Assembly (NCBI GenBank): GCA_002269645.1
Contig: NIVC01004594.1
Location: 1-41,045, forward strand
Direction of reading: 5' to 3'
Length of the DNA: 41,045 nucleotides
From: Macrostomum lignano
Taxonomy: Eukaryota
Shown here: one piece after another, positions 10,143-23,360 of the stretch
Layout of the letters: each line of letters begins with the position of its first letter
Position numbering within the stretch: position 1 is the stretch's first letter
Notes under the pieces: generated by a model
Seen by the model: only the letters and a program-made list of their open reading frames with translations
Database searches by the model: none
What the model was told of the DNA's origin: nothing
Made by a program: the position numbers and the translations under genes

Positions 10143-13096
10143 TCAATTTTTTCCAACATCAGCTTCCAATGTGGAGACCTTCTCCGCAATACTTGCAGAA
10201 CCTGAGGTGATGTCACAGGCATTGTTCAGCGACTGGCATTTAGCTGCTGACTGCTCGACCAATTCAGAAAGCTCTGTCAGACTGTAGTAAGGAAAGTGGG
10301 TCCTGCCCCAGCCAGCGGGCTTGCGGGCTATGGCAAGGCCACGGGTTGTAGAAGCGCCACTAATAATTGCCTCATCAATGAGCTTCACCCGTCTCTCGTA
10401 TGAACGGCAGAGGCGAGGCGCCCAATCGCTGGTAAGGGCGCACCGATACCCAGATCCGGCGGAGCTGGCATCGGACTCTTTCGGGTATCCAAATGGCATG
10501 CTGTGAAATTAAGAAAATACAGCCAACATTAGGAAAAATTATGTAAACAGAAATCTTTTCGTCAGGAACTATACTGCTTTAATTTACGAATTGGTGCTTT
10601 GGCTGCTGCAAGCATCTTTGGCTTGCTGCAAAAACTATACCAGATACCAATGGTGAAAAGTGCAAGCACTCGCCACAGGATGCAGTAATAACACGAAGTA
10701 CAATATAAAAAGCTGCGGACCGCTTTTATCGTCTAGCAAATACTTATATATTTACAAAAAAGATTTTGTGAGCAAAGATTCTCTTGTTTATGTAAAAAAT
10801 ATCGCACTAATGCCTATTCATTGTTTATTATCGCAAGCTTCAACAATAGAAAATAGTTGGAACCCCTGCTTTTAATTAATCGATGGCGACTAAATTTCAG
10901 CGTTTCAGCATTTATATTGATGAAAGCCTTTTCTCTCTTACCAGCAATTTATTGCTGCAAATCTAGCCTAATCAATAGTGTGAGCACCCTGTTAATAAAA
11001 AAGGACAGGAAAATTTTATTCGTAGTTTTTTATTACAAAAGAATGCTATTATCTGTTATGCCGAATCATAGTAACTGAGATGTAAATTTATCAGTTATAC
11101 TAGCGTACTAGCATTACAAATTTTGATACAGTATCAAGAAGGCTTATTGTGAGCAAATAGAAAAAATATCCGTTTAAACATTGCTATATACTGACCTTGT
11201 GAAGAAAAAAGACTCGTTGCCAAGTGCAATAGGATTAGGAGAATAAACCGGATCGTCTGGAAATACAGTCGGCAACGGAGAGACATTAAAACGCGGTCCG
11301 ATGACGTCAGCAGTGTCGGCACTCAGCAGGTAGACACCCCCGGCCCCGTCGCCGACAGCGATGCACCGTGAGCTAGCACTAATATCTATATCAGTAGCAC
11401 CAACTCCCAGTTGGTAGACAGGCGATGATGGCATAGACTGACCCAGTTGAAGGAACTGGAATTCGCCAAGCGAATTGCCAACTAACAGTCGGTCATGCAT
11501 TGCCGGTAGGAAGCGGACAAAGTGTGGATCCAGTTGGACGCAGAACGGCTGAACTGGGCGCAAAACTCGCAGATCAAAGGCCTAGAGCAAAAAGTAATCA
11601 ACTAGCCTTAAAAATGACAAGGATATGTGAACACTTGTATCGGCTCTTATTTTAGGACTACAGTGCACTTTACCTGCAGAAGGCGATCAGGTATAACATT
11701 TCCATCATGCCGTACTGACCAGCCGCAAGTGACCAGCAGGCTATCCTGCACTGCTACATCAGCAAGCTGCCCGGTAACTGTGCTGAGGCTGTGCTCTTTT
11801 CGTCCCGTTCCTCTATCCAGTAGAGTAACTGTGCCCTTGGCACTCGCAGCGCAGATAAATCGACCATTGTGCCTTAGAAATTCGCAACCATCTGGTCCCA
11901 TGTCGACACACTTAACCAAGCGGCCAGTGCCAGTATCCAACTGCAACACACGATCCTGCCGGCCACCTAAGGTCAGCCGCCCGGCCTCTGGGTCGTGAAT
12001 CATGGCTGCTAAATCAACGGTCATTCCAGGACATGAATATGACCAACGACGCTGTCCAAACTTTGAGTAACAGGCGACTCCTGATCTGCAGGATGTCAAT
12101 ATATATAGAATATTCGATAGAATTCCCAAGCTCTCTGCCCTCTGAATTTTTCTAGTCAGAAATTTCATTCGTCATACTCTACCCTTAGCGTGTTTTCCAC
12201 TGCTCCCACTCACTACACCGATACAAAGTACAAAAACTGCAATAGTAGCTTATGACTTCTTGTCTACCGTGAGTTATCCGTTAGTCCTAACAGTGACTTA
12301 ATATACGAGTAATTCTTATAACTGCAAGTCCTTTATCTTAGGGTTTTATGAGACGCAAAGAATGTACTATGCAACAAAAAATTGCCTGAGCTCGTTAAGC
12401 TTGAGCACGAACGTATCAGTAGTCGCTAGTGTATAATAAGCAAAAACATATTCTAACTAATAATTTAAAGATGCTTAGTGACCATACCATAGTGACAACT
12501 TAATGACATCTGGTTATATGAAAAACGGCACTTCAAGTTAAGTTTAATATTTTTGACATTACTTAAGATAGTTACCAACTATTTGGTAGCTGATTTGCTC
12601 CTTAAGTTCCTTAAATCAAGCACGTTTTAAACTAGACGTGCAAACTTACTGACTACATTATACCGCAATTTATCAGATGACATATACTTCAAAAGAGTTC
12701 TCACTTTGCCATTGTGAAGACGCCAGCCTCAGCAAGAGGACTAGCAGCACACACCTGTCGCAAATCTTTCTGGACGTGAAGCGACACATACTTGCTGAGC
12801 TGCGGTCCATAGTAACCTGTAAGATGGCCGCCGCAGTTAACACACCACAGCAAGTCCTCGTACTTGTCGAAATGAACGCCGGTTACTGCCTGATTAGTCC
12901 CATCCATGACAACCCAGTTGTACATAAAGTACTCTCCGATTGCAGGCACATTACCTAGCTGGCCTGTCGACTGGGATGGCGAGTGCTGTCCAGAAAAGAA
13001 CTGTGGCGCTGCATCCATTGGACCACTAACAGCTGAGATGCCAGCTCCAGTGGACGTACCAGGTGCAAAAAACTGTTGAGACTGTTGATGATACAT
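10143..13096 (-). CDS. PAN2: PAN2-like protein (PAN2-PAN3 deadenylase subunit), WD40 + linker only; exons 13096-12705, 12085-11674, 11581-11196, 10500-10143; 515 aa
   Basis: Exons join in frame with GT-AG sites (phases 2, 0, 2; 1548 nt). Motifs match the PAN2 N-terminus as recalled: HFDKYEDLLW..GGHLTGYYGPQL, DRLLQAFDLR, DPHFVRFLP, DISASSRCIAVGD, LTSDW, RTHFPY. TGA at 10145-10143. Confidence 0.88.
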
Positions 13097-13440
13097 TGAC
13101 AAGCTGAAAGGTGCAGAGACAAGCTAAAGAAAAGCAAACATCAATACACAGGAAGTATTGCTTAATGGATAGGAAGTATATTCCAAACTATAATCAAAAG
13201 TAGCTACTCGTTGCATAAGTAAGAAGCTTCTTAGCAACTTTTTGCATATGCAATATGCAATATGTACTTCTATATCGATCATAGCATATGCACTGGGTTG
13301 TAAATAAAGCTGTATATTATAATTTGCAATTCGTATACAAATATAAAATGTCAATGCTTTTGCCTATCAATGTTTCTTATAGTAGGAAAGCAATTGATTT
13401 TGCTTTAGTTATGGTACATACATGTGCAACCTTGGGAATC

Positions 13441-13560
13441 ACTTGGCCATTTCTATTGGCAACACACATAAGTCACTATTGTCTACAAGCAGTCACGTGA
13501 CTACTATTCCATCCAATAATGACTTACATGTGTTGTTTATTGCCAATAGAAATGGCCAGT
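13441..13560. repeat. 120-bp imperfect palindrome upstream of PAN2
   Basis: GGCCATTTCTATTGGCAA (13445-13462) pairs with TTGCCAATAGAAATGGCC (13540-13557). Inner TAAGTCA/TGACTTA pair. Centre AGTCACGTGACT. Confidence 0.8.
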
Positions 13561-14349
13561 GAATTCCTAGGTTGCACCCAAGCATGTTGTGGTAGTTGCA
13601 AGCTTATTCTTATTAAATTTGCAAGTTTGCTTTGTTTCAATTCTAGAAGTATTTATTTTTATTCAGGCAAAACTATGAAAATATCTGCTTTCTTTCAGAT
13701 CATTTTGTACTCTTCATTGTTTACTCTCTTATGCAATTCAATCTAGCCTTTTCTTTTTCACCCTCTTCTTCACTTTGATTGGTCCTTACTTTGTCCCTCT
13801 TTAGCCTCTTATTCTCACTCTACCCCTCCATTTTTTTGTGTAGCTAACCTAACCCCCTTTATGCATTTCTTAACCTGCCTAACCTAAATTTTGGCCCCTA
13901 CCCCTATGGTCTGGCAATTTATCTGGCTGCAATTCTGGTTTTCACCTAGGGTCTAAAATATTTCTGACATTTACAAATATATTATAAGTCTAAAGGTGGT
14001 AAACATTTCCAAGATGTTCATTATTAGAAAAAAAATAAAAATAGATGTTCTATAAGGTATATTTAAATGTATATAATATAGTATATAAAATATATCCAAT
14101 GCAGTGCAAAAATGCTTTCCATTCATTCCAATTGAAATGTAATGCAAAAATGATATATTTATAACACCCACTATAATGCATTGACTACATGTGCGAATAG
14201 TCTATTACTAGCAGACAAGCAATGAAAATTGATTGGCCCTAAAGTCTATATGTATCAAATAGTCAATCTAGTAAATTGGGGATAAAATATTTTATGTTAG
14301 GGACCTCTGTTGTCATTTTTAATAGATGATCTACTATTATATATAACAT

Positions 14350-15370
14350 ACAAGCTGTTGAAACCCGTGGAATTTGAACCTGGGGAATTCCAAATTTTTG
14401 CATGTATTCTGTCATTTTGAAATCTGAGCCCATGCTCAAACAAAAACTGGTTAATAGTTAGTAGGATAGAGGTAAACAAAATGGAGTACATTCGCATAAA
14501 ATAAGGATTTGAGGCAAACATTGATATTGTTGGCTAGGGTGTTTTTTACTTTAAATAGGCAATTAATGTCTGTCTGACTCTAAAACATGTATTGGCAAAC
14601 TCTGGCCTCTGCCTCTGACTCTCCCTACATCCCTTGGATCCTTTGAAACTTCTATCTTCTCTTCTGTTTCATACATGCGCAACAGTTGGCCGAGTTGGCC
14701 AATCTGGCCAACCGATTTGGCGGCCAACCAAGGAAGTCGCAAAAATGCCCACCCAAAAAATAACCCAAGTAGTAGTACTAAGTAGCTGACGAGGCATTTA
14801 TAAAAATAAAACAGTCATAGTTACTCCTGCCGTTTACCCAAAGTTGCGTTAATTTTGCTTTCGGGTTTTGTTATATGTAAGTCGCATTTTTGGCCAAAAA
14901 CTACGTCGCTTTTTTGTTAAAACTAAGTCGCACGGCTGACCGAATTTTGGAGGTTGCACATGTATGTTCTGTTTCCTGTCTTCTTTCTCATCCCTCGTCT
15001 CTCCTCTCTGCTCTCTCTCCTCTCTTCTCTTTTTCCTCTCTCCTCTCGTATCTTCCCTCATTTCTCTTCCTTTTCATCTCTTTTATCTCATCTCTTTTCT
15101 CTTCTTTTCTCTTTTCTCTCCTCTTACTCTTCTCTCATCTTTTCCTTCACCTCTCTTCTCTCTTGTCTTTATTTGCTCTCTGATCTCTTCTCTCTCTTCT
15201 CTCTTATCTCTCCTTTGTTCTCTCTACTTTCCCATCTCTCATCTGTTCATTTTCATCTCTGCTCTCAGCTTATCCCCCTCTTTCATCTGTCATCTTTACT
15301 GTCTTATATGTTCTCTCATTCTGTCCTCTGTACTCTTTTCTTTCACCTCTTTTGTCTCCTCACTTTCCTT
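14350..15370 (+). repeat. Composite CT-cored repeat, copy 1 (unique head + polypyrimidine core)
   Basis: Head ACAAGCTGTTGAAACCCG...AAAACATGTATTGGCAAACTCTGGCCTC...GGATCCTTT aligns with 38473-38772. Core segments 15181-15370 align with 39280-39437. Confidence 0.8.
14670..14966 (+). mobile_element. hAT-type MITE, 297 bp
   Basis: 14-bp TIRs CATACATGCGCAAC / GTTGCACATGTATG (1 mismatch). 8-bp TSD TTCTGTTT (14662-14669, 14967-14974). Second, inverted copy at about 31215-31525. Confidence 0.85.
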
Positions 15371-16839
15371 TCTTATAAAAGTTATAAAAAGTAGCAAGAA
15401 AAAAATGCACAAATTCTAATATAGTATTCTTTCCTAGTGTTCCACTTGAGAATTGTGCTATGAGAAAGCATTGCTTGCAGTTTTGTCCAGAATATTCTCC
15501 ATCTCCACTATTTAGCTAGTCTTAGACAGTTGAATATACAAATTAAAACCATATTCTTTCCAGTTGAAAAATGAAACATTTTTCATTTTTTGGAAGTTAG
15601 CAAGAAATTAGTCTGATTATTCACTGGTTAACACCTAGTTTTTAGCTAGGGCCTAGTAGAAATTCCAATAATAAACTAGATTATTCTAAATGTAGCAAAA
15701 CCTTTAATTCTAGATTTGATCTAGGAATTCTTGCAGATTTAGTGCCAACTGCCTAGTCTAGATGAAAATCAAATAAAATTTTAATGTCTGGCTTTTTCCT
15801 AGAAAGAACCCCCCAAACTGGAGGATACCATATGAAAAATTGGGTGACATCTAGAACAAAAGCCTTTATGCCCCTATGTTTCTAATATAAAATAAACTAT
15901 ATGAGACCTAGGCTATAGCCTTCTTTACTGACTTTATACTAACCCTTTCTCTTCTATTGCTAAAGTATAGCTTAATTTGTAGGCTAGATTTATTCATTTT
16001 TAAAGAACTTTAAAAAGATGATTATTAACATAGGACTTAAAGATATGAAATATTAGAGACATGCACTTTATCTTTTATAGGAACTTATAATTTATTTTAT
16101 AAAGGTTAAAATTGCTAAAGTCATTAGTATAAATTTATCTTTTTCTACTTGTAAATATATAATTAAACAATACACTTATGACATAAGTTTCTATACCTTC
16201 TATAAATAAAAAATAAAAATTTATAAATGAAAAATTATCATAGATAAGTCAATTATAATTTGTTTAAGGTAAAGGCAATATTTTTTAATTGTATAAATCT
16301 ATTTTTTATATATATTCTTTAAAGAGAAACATCCTAGATACACTATAGTAATATAATAGGCCTACTTACTATATATAGGCCTAGTTAATAGTAGATGGCA
16401 AGCAATTAAATTACATATAGGTTTAATTGTAATTAATGTAATTTAATATAATTGCAAGTATTAACTGCAACTAAGATAGGCCTAGCTTAGAAGATAAAGG
16501 TTAGACTGACCAAACCAACCTATTTTAATAATTATAACAATTATCTAAAAATATCAATTGCCTATAGTATATGATTGAGACTGATTAGCAAGTGACATAT
16601 CAAACAATTGAGGTATGTCTAGGTATTTCATTGTTGACAATTGCTTCTTACCTTCTTTTTTGCAATTAGGCCCCCTATCTTATTATCTACAAGCTGACAA
16701 GTAGTATGAAGACGCACACGTCTTTTTGCCACCAGTGAACGGGGTTCATTATAGACGTGGGTCTTCATATTACTTGACAAACCTAGTTTTGTACCGATGA
16801 AAAAGAACTTTGAGAAACTCAAAAAATGTAAGTCTCTAG

Positions 16840-17370
16840 TCTCTACTTCTCCGATTTCTTTGTCTCTGCCTGTTGTGTTTCTCTCATATCATATCTCTCC
16901 AGTCATCCTTCTCCTCTCGCTTCTCTCGTCTTATCTTTTATCTCCTCTTTTCTCTTCTCTCTCTCTATTCTCTTTCATTTCCTCTCTCAGTCTCATCTGA
17001 CCGGCTGGCCCGCAGCGATGAGCTGGATTCTTCTATAATAGGCCCTCGATCTAAAAAATTGTCTTAACTCTCTACTCTCCAGCGCGTAGCGGCTAGCATG
17101 GTTATACAACCCTATTAAGCTGGTTGTTTCTGCGCAGATCCTCTTAGCATCAGGCATCAGCTTAAGTGCTTGGAAAGCCAGGCCAGTTTTGTGGGACAAT
17201 ACTCGTACTCTCAAACAGATAGTATACTAAAGATACCCTAAAGCCTAAGCCTCTTCTTCAACGTGGTTGCAAAGAAAGCTATAAATAAAAGTCATTCCAA
17301 AACACTGTACATAGCTACTTCATAAGGGACATAAGCCTTTTAGTCTTTACCTTGGCTTATAGTCTGGGGG
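16840..17370 (+). repeat. CT-rich tract plus tail modules of the composite repeat
   Basis: CT tract 16840-17000, then CTGGCCCGCAGCGATGAGCTGGATTCT (compare 39939-39965), then ATTCCAAAACACTGTACA...GTCTGGGGG (compare 40453-40515). Confidence 0.65.
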
Positions 17371-20300
17371 AGGATTGTACACGTAGTGACTTGGAGCTTG
17401 CCACCCGCCAAACTTTGTACTGGGCTTGCAATTCAAATGTGCAGTTAAAGAGCTAAATTTAACTCTAAATTCTAATCACGTGATGCCCGTTTATCGATCT
17501 AATTTTCCTTCGTCTGTGCGCGAAGCAAATGAAGCTCTATTGACGCCTCTCCAGTCCAAGCCCACATGCCACAACCCCAGTTAAAAGGGACGGGAGTGTA
17601 CATTGGATGTACAATTATTCCTTCCTTCCTTTCCTTTCTAACCAGCCTAACTCAGCCCAACGCCAAAGCCACGCAAGCAATCGCATGCAAATGCAGATTA
17701 TGCAAAGCGGTATGCAGCTTAATGTGATGAATTTCGATGCAAAAAAGGCATTTTTACATGAAAAAAACATCGAATGGTTATGAAATTCAAGAAATTTGTT
17801 AAATTAACTATATGGAACACTGTGCATTGGTTTCAGTGCAAAATTCCTACCATTTCCAGTTTAAATAGCCCCGGAACCAACAAAAAAGTAAAAAGTCAAG
17901 TTTTCAGTTTTTTATCGATAATTTTTTACCCAATGAACCGAATCTCTAGAAATTGCACGCAAATATGCCTTGTCATGTGGGAAATCAGCCGTCATAAAAA
18001 TAATGCCGTCTTATTGCGTTTTTTTGCCTGATTTCAAGCAAAATATAAAAAAATCACTACTCTGATTGATTTCCAATCACTTTTGACACATGAGCACTTG
18101 TTGCAGACACTCAAAAACTTGGTCAATTTTAGCCAGACATTAGTACAACTCGTTGCAGTATCCGCATTTGATCTACCATTCTCTTAAAAATTTAATCACC
18201 CATTTTTCTGGCACCCAATCAGCCAAAAATCACAAATTATCGATTTTTGATCGATTTTTTAACCCGAAAGCAGCAAAATCAGAGGGCGGCAATTTAAACC
18301 AATATAGTGCAGCAACTATGCTATAGAAATTCGTAATCGGCTTATTCGCACCATGTTCTCAAAATTATAATGAGCAATAATGCGAAAGTCATGTGATTTT
18401 TTAAAAAATTGATTTTTGTCAATTTTCCCAGCACTGCAGAATCGTAGGAAAACAAAACTTTAGACACTTGTAGATTTTTGCATTGCGCATCCAACTGCAC
18501 TACTTTGAAGCCCAAACTAAAAAACCTTTGTAGGAAAAAGTGACGAAAAAATAAAATGAGGGTCATTTTTTTACCCAAAAAACCCACCAAAACTGCTTAA
18601 AAACGCGAAATAAATTAAAGTGTCATATACCATTTTGTAGAAAATTTAATTTGACAACTTTGATCTTCAGATGTCGAAGCCGTATCTCGTAAGGTGTACC
18701 AGAATTTTGAGATCTCCCAGAAGCACTTTTGAAAAAATCGTCTTTCCACTTAATTTACGGCTTAGTAATAAAATCTCTGCACTTAAAAGTATATTCATTC
18801 GATAGATTTAAAAGTTTTGTATTGATCGACACCTCACTCAACTCAATCGGTACAGTGGTTGCAAAATGGGAGCATTTTTAGCGAAAAAACGTGAAATTTC
18901 AAAATGCATGGGAGTCTAACTTATTTACTCGTAAATACTTTCTAGCCCATGTCGGCCTTTGGCCGCCATGGGTAGAAATTATTCACTCGCCCTCGGCCCC
19001 TGGTGGGGCCTCGGGTTCTCTTGCTCTCGGCTCGTTCACTGGTGGAACTAGTTACTAAGTGCCATATTTACTCATTAGGGCCTACCAAGTAGAAGCAAGC
19101 TTATATATAAGCTTATACTAGGAAATGCTAGATAGGTTTAGTATAGGATATCAAAATCTGTTAGACATTATATTATAACATATGATGAAATATAGGCATA
19201 GGCCTAAGTATATTGCTACAAACCCAAGAGCAAGTGCCAATCATATGTGGGCTTTTGAGGATAAAGCCTTGCCAACCAAAGTTCTTTTAGGGTTGTAGGC
19301 CTAATAGGGGGGGGGCCTACTAGCAAGTAAATAATAATAACTTTCTTCCAAAGACTGGCTAGGCCTATACTGCGAGTTATAAGCTTGCTTTTTTCCCTAT
19401 TGCTGACTATGCAGCCTTTCCCTTCTACAACTACTAGTACTATTGTCATTGTTAATAATAGTTGACAAAAACAAAAAGCAACTTCTAGCATTGGCAATGG
19501 CAACTTCACAAGTTTGCTTTTTTGGGAGATAGGCCTAATGAATGCACAAAAAAGCCTTCAACTAGGCCCTAAGCCCCTAGCCTGCTCCACCTATTTTTAT
19601 TATATAATATAAAAATATAGGCCCTTTTTAAATCAGTGTAAAAACTATTATTTAGAAATATATTGTACTTAAAATTGTATACTGCGATGGCGCCTATAAA
19701 TATACAAATTATATTGAAACACCATCATCTGTTAAAGTTAAATTCATTTCGATTTCAGACAGAAGCGCAACGAGAAACTTGAAAGGGACTACGTGACATT
19801 TTGGCAAAGTAATATATTGTAATGCCCTGGCAAATTAAAAAAACAGTATATTATATAGAAGAATGAGGTCCGCTCAACTACAATATGTTTACTACCCTTC
19901 CCTGGAATTTAGTACCTGCGTAGTTAGACAGAGTAAACAATGCAAATTCAAACAAATGCATTGCGGTAAAAATTTCCGGCTTGAAGTGCACAAATTCGAA
20001 TGCAGACAAATTGCCAACCTAGCCCTATAAAAAATCCTATACGCTCTTTCAAATACCATATTTAATACAAATTTGGTATTATCTGATTAATACCTATATA
20101 CTTTTTTATCACCTACGGGTTAAACTGATTTGTTCAAAATCACCAACTACATACATCAAATTCAAACAATACTTGTCTTTTTAATTCCTCATACTTTTTT
20201 TCTTCGTTAATTGTCGTTAAAGCTCGTTCAAAGTTTCGTAAATAACATTTACTTGAGTCATTTTCTCTGTCCTATTATTAATATTAGGCAACCATATTAT

Positions 20301-21169
20301 ACCTACCCTTCCCCTAAAGCAAAGCATGTCAATTGTATCATGGATTTGCATGCTGCTCCTTTTATTTTTCCTTTAGATATGAGGAAGCTGTAGTTTTTCC
20401 ACTGCAATAGGCCTATAATATTTTTCTAGTGCTTAACTTATAATATAAACATTGGGTTATAATGTGAGTTGGTAATTTTATCTAGGATACATCTTCATAA
20501 TCATAACATTTGAATTTGTGCATTGATATATTAGGAATTCTTAAAATAGTATCAGTTTTGCATATACAAAGCATAAAAATATCTCTATAGTCAAAATGTT
20601 ATGATAGCATAAGGGCAGGCCTTTTTAAGGAGGGTGCAGCCAAAATCGTCATATTCAAAATTGTCATATGATGATGACAATTTGAACAAATCTGGAAGAC
20701 TTAAAAATTTAAATATGACGACTTTGACCAAAGCCAAAGGCAAGGGTGTATTAATTTATTTTTTTTTAATTTTAATTTTTAATATTATTGGCGCATGACC
20801 AAGATGGCCACACACCAAGATGGCCACAGCTCTGAATGGCTGCTTGGATAGGAATAGGTCTATATATTGCCTCATTTCCTATTGGCTGTGATTGGGGGGG
20901 GGGTATGACCTAGCTTCAAGTCTCGGAGAAGACAGATTTCGTTAGTGAAATTAGACTAAGTATAACAAAAAACAATTCCCTTTATAGCAGGTATTACTAC
21001 CTACTAAAGCTAGTAGCACTACTAGCACAATACATTTGGTTTTTGGATCATGGATAATAGTTTCAAACCTATCTTTAATATACTAAAACTGATGTGTTGT
21101 TTGTATATGTTAAAAGTTAAAGGTAGAGATTAAAGGTATTAGTTATGATAGAAGTAAGCAAAAATTGGA

Positions 21170-22140
21170 GTGCCCTCTTTTCTCTCATCTCTACACTCTT
21201 GTCTCTTATCTCTGCTCTCTTGTCTCTAATCTTTTCTCTCTCATCTCTGCCCTCTCCTCTCTCATCTCTTGCTTTCTCCTCTCCTCACCTCTCTCCTCTC
21301 CTCTCTCCTCATCTCTATCCTCTCTTCTCTCCTCACCTCTGCTCTCATCTCCCTTTTCCTCTTCATTCTCTTCTCCCTTCCCACCTTTCTCCTCTCCATT
21401 AATCTCCCTTATCCTCTGATCTCTCTCTGCTCATATTTAATCTCTCCTCTCATCAACTCTCTTCTCCTTTATTCCTTCGCCTCTCCTTTATCCTATGCTT
21501 GTATTTCTCTTCTCTATTCCTTACCCTCTCTCCTCACCTCTGGCCTGCTGTCATCAGGACTCCTCGCTTCGCTTTGGGGGCCAACGAAGCAGACTATAGA
21601 AGGGCAGTCATGAGCTGGGTTCTCAATCGAGGTAAAAAGTTTGCCAACCCCTGCACTAAAAGCACCTGGCTTAGTCACATTAGATAAAAACTACATGTAT
21701 AGTGGAATGGGATTGAGAACAATGTGAACTAGCCTCTCTACTCTCAACCTCTCTACTCTCAGCCTCTATCTACTCTCAACCTCTCTATTCTCAGCCTCTC
21801 CACTCTCAGCCTCTCTCTACTCTCAGCCTCTACTTTCATCTTCTCTCTCAGCTCAGCTTATATCTAGTTCTAAAATCTGAAGTCATACTCAAACAAAAAC
21901 TTGTCTTTTGAAAACATGTATTGGCAAAATCTCTGGCCTCTTGTCTCTCTCTATGTCCCTCGGATCCTTTGAAACTTCTATCTTCTATTTTGTTTTCTCT
22001 CTCTCTCTTCTCTCTTTCTTCTCTTCTCTTCTTTCCTATCTCCTCTCTCCCATCTTCTCTCGTCGATCTTCCCTCACCTCTCTTCTCTTTCATCTTTGCT
22101 CTCTCTTCTCATTTATCTCTGGTCTCCACTCTCTCCCCTT
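21170..22140 (+). repeat. Composite CT-cored repeat modules inside the MULE
   Basis: CT tracts at 21170-21540 and 21990-22140, a ~15-bp CTCTCTACTCTCA(G/A)C minisatellite at 21733-21832, and a partial head at 21868-21984 that aligns with 14415-14448 and 14582-14657. Confidence 0.7.
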
Positions 22141-22839
22141 AGGAAAGAAGGAAAGATAGGAAAGATAGATAGCAAACATAGGAAAGAAGCCTATGTTTGA
22201 AAAAGTGCCCGACTTGTACCAGCTGAGGCCAGCTAGAAGGCAACGCAGGAGAGATTTTGTTGTAAAATATCCAATTGAGAATGTGCCCATCCATGCACCT
22301 TCTGGTGGATGGGGGCAGTGCGCTGTCTTTGCTAAGAGCCAAAGACTATTCTAAAAAAATCACTGAAAGGAGCATAGAGGCCTTGGAGCCCCCATGTGTG
22401 AAGGCGATGTCATGCTATTAAAGATTATAGGACTGAATGGTAGTCAGCCCGTGATTGCTTAATCCCCTCCCAATTAGTGTATTGAAAGTTTGCTTGTGTT
22501 GCCCCGTTGGATACCGCTTTTCGCTTATTTACGTGCGCTTTCCATTATATTCAAACTATGTTGTGACTCCATGCTCATGTGGCGATGTTTATATATTTAG
22601 GATTTGAGCTCATATTTAAGCTTGAACTTTGAGCTCAAATTTGAGCTTGTATGGTATGTGTTTATTCCCTATAAGTCAATATTATCTTGGAAACCGGAAA
22701 GATTTCTATGGGTCTGCCCCGCAGGAGGTCCTGCCCCGCTGTTTAAAATTTTGTAGGAACAATGGAAGTCTGGGACTGTTAAAATTAGCACATTTCAGTT
22801 TGATTTCTCATGTTTGTTTGCACCTCGTAGGTCAGTGCG

Positions 22840-23360
22840 AAATTCTCTATTCTCTCTCCTCTATCATCTCGACCCTCTTTCCTATTATTTTTTTCTTGTC
22901 TTATCTCCTCTCTCTCATCTCTTATCTATACTCTCCTTTAACATCTCTCCTCTTTTTTCCCAACTCTCCCAACTCTTCTCTCAACTTTCTCCTCTTTACT
23001 CTTTCACCTCCCCTCTCTACTCTCTCCTCCCTCTCATCTCTCCTGCTCTCCCATCTCTCTTCTCCTTTCTACTCTCTCCCTTCTCCATTCTATTTCTTCT
23101 CATCTCTCTTCTCTCCCTTCTCCTCTCTTCCTGTCCTCTTGATTCTCCTTTATTCTCCTTTCTCCTTCACTCCACTTCTCTCCCATTGTCTCTCATGTCT
23201 GCTCTCACATATTTCTCTTCTCTCTCCACTCGTCTCTATAATCTCTTCCCTCTCCTCTCTCCTCTGTTCTAGCTCTACTGTCTCATTTCTCAACTCTGCT
23301 CTCTCATCTCTTCTTTCTCCTCTTTTATCTCTCCTATCTGATCTCTTTTCTCTTCTGTTT
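22840..23360 (+). repeat. CT-rich polypyrimidine tract
   Basis: About 500 bp, almost all C/T on the + strand. Confidence 0.85.

Noticed and set aside
22192-22353. 53-aa plus-strand ORF MFEKVPDLYQLRPARRQRRRDFVVKYP... inside the MULE cargo
   Set aside because: Short, with no recognisable homology or supporting gene structure.
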